DNA of 28,708 bases from Eledone cirrhosa (lineage: Eukaryota): positions 1-28,708 of the forward strand of contig CAXHJY010000606.1 in NCBI GenBank assembly GCA_964016885.1. The letters run 5' to 3'. The notes under the pieces are model-generated. The model made no database searches and had not been told where the DNA came from. It saw only the letters and a list, made by a program, of their open reading frames with translations. The position numbers and the translations under genes are program-made. Shown here in pieces: positions 12,421-28,708 of the stretch; position 1 is the stretch's first letter, and every line of letters begins with the position of its first letter.

Positions 12421-13310
12421 TTATGTAATATTCGGCTTGTAGTGGGAAAAAAGGGTTTTAGTTCGGTGACGGCAAAATAATGTTCGTTCAATTCTGTTAT
12501 TCAGCAATTTCTTCTTGTGTGTGATTATGTAATAAATCTCAAGATTACACAATTTGCAGAAATTTTGGCTCCTGGAAAAGCTTTGGGTTTTAGCTAATTT
12601 CTCCCATTTTAGGGTAAACTTTTGATCGCTATCCCTGAGCGTCCAAGCTTTTTCTGCTAAAGTTGTTACATTTCTTTGGCTCTGGTGTTTTATTGAGTAA
12701 GAATGCCTATATAATCGAGATTTAAACGATGTTGCCGTTGATCCCACGTAATACCACTCGTTGCCTCCGGATTTAATGGTACACTTATAAATAATATTTT
12801 TTCCAGACAGTTATTGCCGAGGGGGCAGTTGTCAGGATAGGTGCAGTTACAGTTGTGTACGTTGGGTTTTCTCTGGAGTAGTATTGCGGACGAACTTAGG
12901 TGTGGTTTATTTATGTTCTCTAGTGTATTGTCTACTGTTTTTTTTGTGTTCTTTGTACCTAAGTTTTTAGTATTTTCGTTTAACCTTCCAGTATTGATCT
13001 TTTTTATGTGTTGTTCAAGGTTTAACGCTGTAGAGTATGACAGTCTTATAGTGGTAGGGTTTAGGATTTTCTGGTATTTGTGTGATGTAGGAAAATGTCT
13101 CTTAATTATTTTAAAGAAGAGTACTGGTAAATTTGTACTAATTGAACTATTGTATTCGGGGTTATACCATAAGTACTCTTTGCATCGCTTTCTATTAGTT
13201 TTGTTTGTTGGTTTACTGGTGTGCATACTATGGTAGTAAGTGTGATTTGGTGTTGTGTTATTATATCTACCCATGTGGGATTTATTTTGGGTGTTTTGAT
13301 TGTTCCCATC
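12421..13310 (-). pseudogene. PLE linker + GIY-YIG endonuclease fragment
   Basis: LWYNPEYN...[13 protein letters not shown]...[25 protein letters not shown], one-base frameshift in the run at 12797-12802, then NIIYKC...[18 protein letters not shown]...FCRH. Confidence 0.88.
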
Positions 13311-13375
13311 TATATATATATATATATATATACATATATACATATATATACATATATATATATATATATACCTAT

Positions 13376-13458
<83 letters not shown>

Positions 13459-14082
13459 TATATACATACATATATATATATATACATATATACATACACA
13501 CACATACACATTTACAAGCAAACACGCATACATACACATACATACATACAAATAAGTACACATAAACGCATATGCACAAACACGCACTCGTTCGCACTCA
13601 TACATGTGTCTATAGTATAAAGGTAGTGGGACAAATTTTAATTTTAAATTTTAAATTTTAAACTGGGCCTGATAGAGGATAACATAATTAATGTCACTAT
13701 TAAGTTATTAATATTATCATCAAGTAATTAATTACTATTTATTATTTATTACTTACTATTTACCATTCACTATTCGTTACCTATCTTTTATCCCTTATCT
13801 ATTCATTACCTAATCATTCACTCATAAATTAATAAATAAATGAATGAGTTAAATAACAAACAAACAAACAAACAAATAGATAAACAAATAAAGCAGCAAA
13901 TAAGTAAATAAATAAACAAATAAATAAATAAATAAATGGATAAATAAATAAATAAATAAGTAAATAAAGTAACTAAATAAATAAATAAATAAATATACAG
14001 TTAAATAGATAAATAAATCATGAACGTGTGCGTGCAGCAGTTCATAACTGCGCGTATCCAAACATGAGCAGGTATATATATA

Positions 14083-14274
<192 letters not shown>

Positions 14275-14284
14275 ATTATATATA

Positions 14285-14406
<122 letters not shown>

Positions 14407-14407
14407 T

Positions 14408-14730
14408 ACTTTTATATAAATATATATTATTACAACTCATCGTTTTCGGTGCGCCTGACCGATTTAACTCACTCGATATGCAAATTAGGCTGCTCAGCCG
14501 TTAATTTTCATAAGGAAAGTATATACTTTCGAACGTTCAACTATCTGGCAGATGGGTATACGGTGCTGATGATAGCTAACAAGCTTGAAACTAGTACATC
14601 GTTCCTGTGTCAGTGTTGAACAACAAGGTGACGTGGCTGCCTTAACACCGTGCGGCATAAATTCAGGCTGTTCAGTTTGTTTACAAACGAACAAAGCGGG
14701 CGCTATAATAAGCGTCCGCTAAATTGATAC
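14408..14730 (+). mobile_element. About 320 bp non-coding HHR element (solo pLTR or retrozyme-like)
   Basis: GC-richer island between two long (TA)n runs with a central HHR and a terminal hairpin at 14695-14720; no coding homology seen. Confidence 0.62.
14561..14601 (+). ncRNA. Minimal type I hammerhead ribozyme motif
   Basis: CGGTG-CTGATGA-T-AGCT-AACA-AGCT-T-GAAA-CTAG-TA-CATCG: 5 bp stem I, 4 bp stem II, palindrome ACTAGT, GUA site. Confidence 0.85.
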
Positions 14731-14759
14731 GTACATATATGTATGTGTACCTGTATGTA

Positions 14760-14837
<78 letters not shown>

Positions 14838-14960
14838 GGAGGTGAGTTTTATTGTAGTACAATAAAGCAATGCAGATATCGGATAAGAAGCACTCTACAG
14901 TTTGTAGGACTGGAGTATACATAATATAAGATCAAAAGATGGTTAAAGGAGTTCCATGTA

Positions 14961-15027
14961 TTTTATTATGCGCCTTTCAAAAACAAACATCATCATGCAA
15001 TAATATTTGTGTTTTCATCAGATAAAA
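14961..15027 (-). ncRNA. Hammerhead motif of PLE-5 (stem III substituted)
   Basis: Same as 19455-19521 except that it reads GAAAGGCGCATA (difference at 14974). Confidence 0.72.
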
Positions 15028-15124
15028 CAGGAGAACATGATATGAAGGCTAAAAAAACACTTGTGAATAGTGCAGTTTTAAATCAACATATGAAAAGTGG
15101 TTTTAGATTGATGTGTGATATTGG

Positions 15125-15538
15125 GAAAAATATTTTATTTAGAGAGGGGGGTGGTGGAAAGGATGAAAAAGGGGAGGAGATGAATGGGAGAGATGGGTGA
15201 TAGAGAGAAAGAGATAGTTTTTATAACTGAGAGAAGATATATTGTTTTACATAGAGAGGTTGAAAACCGTTGGAAGATAATGTATAAATTAAAAGAATTT
15301 GAAAATTAACGAAGGGAAGATATGTGCGAGGAAAAAATATTTTATTTAGGGGGGGGGGGTGGAACGGATGAAAAAAGGAGGAGGAGATGAGAGTGAAGGT
15401 GGAGAGGGAGAGATGGGTGATAGAGAGAAAGAGATCGTTTTTATAACTGAGAAAAGATATATTGTTTTACATAGAGAGGTTGAGAACCGTTGGAAGATAA
15501 TGTATAAATTAAAGGAATTTGAAAATTAACGAAGGGAA
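15125..15538. repeat. Diverged about 200 bp tandem duplication inside the PLE-5 3' UTR
   Basis: 15125-15318 resembles 15331-15538 (AAAAATATTTTATTTAG...GAAAATTAACGAAGGGAA); also present in the right arm. Confidence 0.85.
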
Positions 15539-16059
15539 TTTATGTATGAAGATAGAGAGAAAAAATAATAATTGTGGATGAATATTGTAACGTCAAAAAA
15601 AGTGTATGTTGATAAGTATTGTGGCAATTTCAAAATTAACGAAGAGAAAAAATGATTAAGGTTTGTGTGTAGAAGGATTTGAGAAAAATAATGTGAAGTT
15701 AAAGTTTGTATATTGGAGGAATTGATAATATATGCGAATAAAGAGTTAATATGTATTAAGAATGAGTTCGTTGATGGGGAGAAAAAAATAATAAATTAAG
15801 GATGAAATTGAGATTAAAAAGTTTTATGATAGAGAGAAAAAATAGTAATAATTGCGGATGAATATTCTAACGTCAAAAAAACAAATGTATATGTTATGAA
15901 GGATTTTACAAGGTGAAGATAGAAAGAGGGTAATGAGTAAACAAGTATTATAGAGTGTATAATGCCCTTTGAAGTAAGGTAGGAAGATGGGTATATTTTA
16001 AAGAGGTGTATGTATATGTGCCTTTGAGAAAAGATTCTAAATTGATAAAGAATTGAATA

Positions 16060-17094
16060 TTAACTGTATACTTTGTGAAAAGTCCTATGGAATTTATGCA
16101 GGCAGATAGAAAACAAATCTGTACGTCTATTTATTATAGAATCTAGATTAGAGATAATGGTAAATTTTTCATTTAGGCAGAGATTACAGATTTTAGATAG
16201 AGAGCTGTTCAAGTATGAGGATGCAGAAGAAACCTTCTTCCAAAAGATGGTATATTTAATGTTTTTGTCTTTCAAGGACCATATGAGTTCTGAGAGAGCC
16301 GTGTTGGTTCTTTTAAGTTTGTATTTGAAAGATGAATGGTGATTATAGAGACGAGCTTTAAAAGAGGTGGAAGTGGAGCCAAAATAGGTGAAGGAATTGG
16401 TGCTAGTTATAATTTTACATTCATAAATTAAGTTTTTATCGAGACAATGGTTGTTGAGAAAACATTTATTTTTAATGCGGCAGTTGCAATTAGAGAGATT
16501 ATTAATGAGTGACCTAGTGTTATCTATAGAAGGAATTGGATTGGAGAAGTTGTTTGCGATAGGAATAATAGGAATAATAGTTTCTTGATTTAGAGTTGGA
16601 TTATGAACATTTAGCGAAGTTGTGTTTGACGTTGTATTTGGGTTTACAGAAGTTAGCCTAGGGTTTACAATGACGTCGGGAGTACTATTACTGTTATTAT
16701 GAAATTCAATGTTGGAAGGAAGAGATTTAGTATTTAGTATTTTATTGTTGTGTTTAGAGATGATGTTGGAAATATTGGAGGATGTAGAATAAGAAAATTT
16801 GATGGTGTGTTTGTTAAATATTTTACTACAGATATGTGAGGGAGGAAAGCATTCATTTAAGGCACTAAAAAATAATTTAGGAATATTGTTATTAATAGAG
16901 ATGGAGAAAGGAGCATTATACCAGATTATGTTTTTGTATCTAGGTCTTTTATTAAAATTATTGGAATGATCATGATTAATTATTCTACTGTAAGTTTTTC
17001 TAGAATTTGTTTCTTTACTATATTTGATTTTATCTGGATAGCCGGCTTTAGAAAGTGCGTTATTATAGTAATTGGCGTTAGCATCAAAGATGTT
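16060..17094 (-). pseudogene. PLE thumb/linker + GIY-YIG fragment (345 codons, no start codon, mostly missed by the ORF track)
   Basis: Hand translation: NIFDANANYYNNALSKAGY...IIWYNAPFS...CFPPSHICSKIFNKHTIKFSYSTSSNI...CNCRIKNKCFLNNHCLDKNLIYECK...TYFGSTSTSFKARLYNH...CNLC...ICLH. Confidence 0.88.
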
Positions 17095-17971
17095 AGCCTA
17101 GGGTTTACAATGACGTCGGGAGTACTATTACTATTATTATGAAATTCAATGTTGGAAGGAAGAGATTTAGTATTTAGTATTTTATTGTTGTGTTTAGAGA
17201 TGATGTTGGAAATATTGGAGGATGTAGAATAAGAAAATTTGATGGTGTGTTTGTTAAATATTTTACTATAGATATGTGAGGGAGGGAAGCATTTATTTAA
17301 GGCACTAAAAAATAATTTAGGAATATTGTTATTAATAGAGATGGAGAAAGGAGCATTATACCAGATTATGTTTTTGTATCTAGGTCTTTTATTAAAATTA
17401 TTGGAATGATCATGATTAATTATTCTACTGTAAGTTTTTCTAGAATTTGTTTCTTTACTATATTTGATTTTATCTGGATAGCCGGCTTTAGAAAGTGCGT
17501 TATTATAGTAATTGGCGTTAGCATCAAAGATGTTAGCCTAGGGTTTACAATGACGTCGGGAGTACTATTACTATTATTATGAAATTCAATGTTGGAAGGA
17601 AGAGATTTAGTATTTAGTATTTTATTGTTGTGTTTAGAGATGATGTTGGAAATATTGGAGGATGTAGAATAAGAAAATTTGATGGTGTGTTTGTTAAATA
17701 TTTTACTATAGATATGTGAGGGAGGGAAGCATTTATTTAAGGCACTAAAAAATAATTTAGGAATATTGTTATTAATAGAGATGGAGAAAGGAGCATTATA
17801 CCAGATTATGTTTTTGTATCTAGGTATTTTATTAAAATTATTGGAATGATCATGATTAATTATTCTACTGTAAGTTTTTCTAGAATTTGTTTCTTTACTA
17901 TATTTGATTTTATCTGGATAGCCGGCTTTAGAAAGTGCGTTATTATAGTAATTGGCGTTAGCATCAAAGAT
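16652..17971. repeat. Three tandem copies of a 440 bp PLE coding segment
   Basis: GTTAGCCTAGGGTTTACAATGACG starts at 16652, 17092 and 17532 (period 440). Confidence 0.95.
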
Positions 17972-17976
17972 GTTTT

Positions 17977-19654
<1,678 letters not shown>

Positions 19655-19769
19655 TGCTACTGTACGTCTGTATACATATATGTATGTACGTATACATACA
19701 TACTTACATTTAAGTAAGTACCGTACTAAGAGTGAGAAATGAAATTTCGTTTTCATTTTATTACAACCC

Positions 19770-22279
<2,510 letters not shown>

Positions 22280-25044
22280 ATGGATACTGTGAAGCAGTCA
22301 CTGTATTCAGTCAAACCAACAACCTAATAGTAGTTGGGCTCTATAGGCCACCCCAAACGCCTGTACCATGCTTCAAGGAATGCCTCAACAGCATAAAGTG
22401 TTTCATCCAAGAGTGTCACCCTGACAACATCTTAATGATGGGGGACTTCAACCTCCCCGGAGTTGACTGGTCCACAAACAGCCTGCCACCATGTTCTTCT
22501 GCCTCAACCTCTGACAGGGAAGCAGTGGAATCGCTTCTTGACTTCATGGATGATTTCTTCCTATCCCAACTGGTGCTCGAACCAACGAGGTGCCACAAAA
22601 ACGTCCTAGACTTAATTTTCAGCAATCACACTGACAATATCCACAATATTGCAGTGGAGAAAACTCTACTCTCTGATCATGACATGGTTCTCTGTGATCT
22701 GAGATTCCACCGTCCAATATACAAACCCAATGTCATCTCTCCTGTTCATCCGTTTGACGCTATGGATTTCCACAATGCAAGCTGGGAAGCGATCAGTCAT
22801 GATCTTGCACATGTCGAATGGTCCTTCACGCACACTCATACACCCACTAACATCAAAAAGTCCTGGCAGACATTTGTGGACACTGTTACAAACATATGTG
22901 CTAAACACACCCCATTAAGACTATAAACAAATCTAAGAGCAGAATCCCTAGAAATAGAAAAACGCTCATCAGAAAAATTAAGAGAACGAACAAAAAAATC
23001 AATAAGCTGAAATACTGTCAGCAGCAACACATCAACTTGACTGCCTTTCATCATTAGAGATTAAAAAACATAACCTCCAAAACAACATAATGTCCCTCAT
23101 CAACAACCAGAGAAGAGCTGAAGAGGCCTGGGCCATTGAGAAGATCAAATTCAATCCCAAAGTGTTCTTTTCATTTTCAAAAAAACACAAAATCACTGGC
23201 TCTACTGTTGGCCCTCTAATTGATGAAAATGGCACTCTTCAAGACAATGCTAAAACCATGGGTGAGATACTACAGAAACAGTACTGTTCTGTTTTCAGCA
23301 ATCCTGATATGGCCGATCTAGGCTGTATCGGCGATGTTACTCCCCATTACACCTTATCGGACATAACGTTTGGCGCCCCTGATGTCTTAGCGGCAATAAA
23401 GGAAATCAAGCATAATTCAGCAGTAGGTCCCGATAGGTTCCCTGCTTGTGTCTTGAAGGCGTGTCAACACCAACTTGCATCTCCTCTTGCCAATCTGTGG
23501 CGGAACTCACTGGATGCTGGATATGTGCCAGAAAACCTTCTATCCCAGTCTGTTGTCCCAGTCTTCAAAAAGGGAAACAAATCCCTTGCCGTGAATTACT
23601 GTCCAATCTCACTCACCTCTCATATCATTAAGGTATTTGAGAGAGTGGTGAGATCGCGAATGACCCACTTCCTTGAGAGTAACAATATGCTGAACTCCAA
23701 CCAGCATGGATTCCGTAATGGAAGGGATTGCCTGACGCAGCTACTGCATCACTTTGATGACATTTTGAGAGCCTTGGGAGAGGGTTCCAACACTGATGTT
23801 ATCTACCTTGATTTCAGCAAGGCCTTTGACAGGGTTGATCATAACATTCTACTGAGAAAGCTGTCCAATATTGGTGTCACTGGAAAGCTGCTGCAGTGGA
23901 TCAAGAGCTACCTGTCAAACAGAACCCAACATGTTGTAGTTGAAGGAGTCAAATCCAGCCCAGCCAAAGTCAGTAGTGGGGTCCCACAAGGCACTGTGTT
24001 GGGCCCACTTCTCTTCATCATCTATATTAATGACATCACTGACATCATCAAACACAGCAACATTAAAATTTTCGCTGATGATTCCAAGCTCCAAAAGGTC
24101 ATCAATGGCGTGGATGACCGGATAAGCCTTCAGTCAGACCTACTGGCTGTTACCCAATGGGCGGAAAAGAACAACATGTTACTGAACGAAGACAAATTCG
24201 AACTGATCCACTTTGGAAAAGAGGATGCTCTGAAACTCCCGTACTCCCTTCCCTCCGGGGAAACTCTCGTGGCATCTAACAACATCAGAGACTTGGGAGT
24301 AACCGTGGACAGCAACATAAGCTGGGCCACGCATATAAGCAGCAAAGATGACATGGCCCGCAGAATGTGTTCCTGGATCCTCAGAACCTTCCAGTCGAGA
24401 GATTCCCAACACCATTATCCTTCTCTTCTCTACTTTTGCCCGACCACACCTTGTATACTGTTGTCCACTGTGGTCTCCCCACACGAAACAAAGTATCATG
24501 AAACTTGAAGCTCCTCAAAGGGCAATCACGAAAAAGATAGATGGCATGTCAGACCTTGACTACTGGGGTCGACTGGAAAACCTGAAACTTTACTCACTCC
24601 AACGTCGCCGTGAGCGTTATATTATCTGCATGATGTGGAAAATGTTCCATCATCAATGCCCAAATGATGTTGGCATCGCCTTCAAGATACACCCAAGGCT
24701 TGGGCCCCGTGCTATTCGTCCCATACAAAAATCTAAATCGCAACTCATAACAACAATACGGCACAATTATTTCACCTCAATCGGCCCTGCTCTCTTCAAC
24801 ATCACACCAGGACACGTCAAAACAGAAACTGACCACACAAAATTCAAGAAGTCTTTGGACAAATTCCTCCAAGTAATCCCGGACAAACCACCCACACCCG
24901 GATATGTCTCCGCAAACAGTAATTCTCATCTCGAATGGGCCATGGTGCCCAAATCCTGAATTGAAAGACTTCGCCAGGTGGTGCTATTAAGTTAGACATG
25001 GCCTGGGCCAATACTGGCCAAAACATTTCAAAGTTATTCAAAGT

Positions 25045-25046
<2 letters not shown>
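22280..25046 (+). mobile_element. Non-LTR retrotransposon (LINE) of the CR1/L2 group, 5'-truncated within the endonuclease
   Basis: APE + RT ORF2 remnant, short 3' UTR with hairpins and terminal (TTCAAAGTTA)x2 at 25027-25046; (TA)n on both sides. Clade assignment tentative. Confidence 0.9.
22282..24959 (+). pseudogene. LINE ORF2 (AP endonuclease - reverse transcriptase), three frameshifts
   Basis: APE motifs GLYRPP, GDFN, VLDL, SDH; RT motifs GPD, PISLTS, QHGFR, YLDFSKAFD, SGVPQGTVLGP, FADD; C-terminal LYSLQRRRER. Frame changes near 22910, 23040 and 24405. Confidence 0.92.
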
Positions 25047-27940
<2,894 letters not shown>

Positions 27941-28006
27941 GTATGCTAGGGAAAGGATCAGGGGTGTATAACACTCCACTTATCCAGCAGGCAAGTGATA
28001 CTGGTG

Positions 28007-28146
28007 ACTGTGACACTTAGTGCCTTCGTGGGCCCCTGATGTTTTCAAGAAATATATTTTAAAAAATTGGTCAAGTGACACACATAACTGTCACATTTAG
28101 TGCCTTCGTGGACCCCTGATATATTCAAGAGATATATTCTAAAAAA
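28007..28146. repeat. Diverged 60 bp direct repeat, period 80
   Basis: ACTGTGACACTTAGTGCCTTCGTGGGCCCCTGAT... at 28007 versus ACTGTCACATTTAGTGCCTTCGTGGACCCCTGAT... at 28087. Confidence 0.85.
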
Positions 28147-28235
28147 ATATATATCTTATCTCAATTTACTTTATTTCATTTATTTTATTTCATTTCATTT
28201 CATCTAATTTTATTTATTTACTTACTTGACTCCAT

Positions 28236-28266
<31 letters not shown>

Positions 28267-28638
28267 TATTTAAATTTAGATTTTAATTTTAAAATTTTAA
28301 AATTTAAATTTAAATTTTATTTATTTATTTAATTTTTATTTATTTATTTATTTATTTAATTACATTTAATTACATTTAATTATACATATAATTATAATTA
28401 TACATTTGATTTTAATTATATCTTATATTATATTATTTTAATTTAGTCTATGTTATTTGATTTTAGTTTACCTTATTTTATCTTATTTTACGATTATACT
28501 ATATTATGTTCTATGTATATAATTTTTAATTTTTAATTTTATATTATTTTATCTCATTCCTTACCCTATATTTTATATTTTATATGTAAGTTTGTTATGT
28601 ATTTCTTTGTATTTCTTTTTATATATATTATAAGTGTG

Positions 28639-28693
28639 TTTTTTACCTATTTTTTACCTATTTTTTACCTATTTTTTACCTATTTTTTACCTA
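28639..28693. repeat. 11 bp minisatellite (TTTTTTACCTA)x5
   Basis: Five consecutive copies visible. Confidence 0.9.
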
Positions 28694-28708
28694 CTCTTAC
28701 CTAATCCC

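Larger units (their letters stand above)
14921..16501 (-). repeat. Left arm of 1.58 kb inverted repeat
   Basis: Reverse complement of 17977-19561 with scattered substitutions and homopolymer indels; the ORF track shows the same 71 aa peptide on opposite strands with one residue difference. Confidence 0.95.

Noticed and set aside
13610-14070. Unique-looking segment with (AAAT)n tract as a separate element
   Set aside because: No ORF, ribozyme core or terminal feature found; cannot be assigned.
16652-17971. CRISPR array or in-frame protein domain repeat
   Set aside because: No spacers, eukaryotic context, and the 440 bp period breaks the frame.
28639-28708. Telomere-like repeat
   Set aside because: Only five copies of an 11-mer; not a TTAGG or TTAGGG array.

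Overview
Very AT-rich eukaryotic DNA, probably from an invertebrate (host not identifiable from sequence), with no recognisable host gene. It is a (TA)n/(CA)n microsatellite field filled with 5'-truncated retroelement insertions: four divergent Penelope-like elements (PLEs) of Naiad type (RT and/or CxC-x5-C-x5-C linker plus C-terminal GIY-YIG), one Neptune-like PLE fragment, two ORF-less hammerhead-bearing segments, and one frameshifted APE-RT LINE of the CR1/L2 group. Reading both strands by eye gives nine hammerhead ribozyme (HHR) motifs in the first 20 kb (one only partial). They have family-specific palindromic stem III sequences and stem II inserts of 12 to 115 nt. Two PLEs carry an inverted copy of their own 3' end at the 5' side, and one of these forms a 4.6 kb structure with 1.58 kb inverted arms around a 3 x 440 bp tandem array. 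Most ORFs in the supplied track (YI/HT/CV-rich) are microsatellite translations. All alignments, folds and family assignments were made by eye, with no database search.
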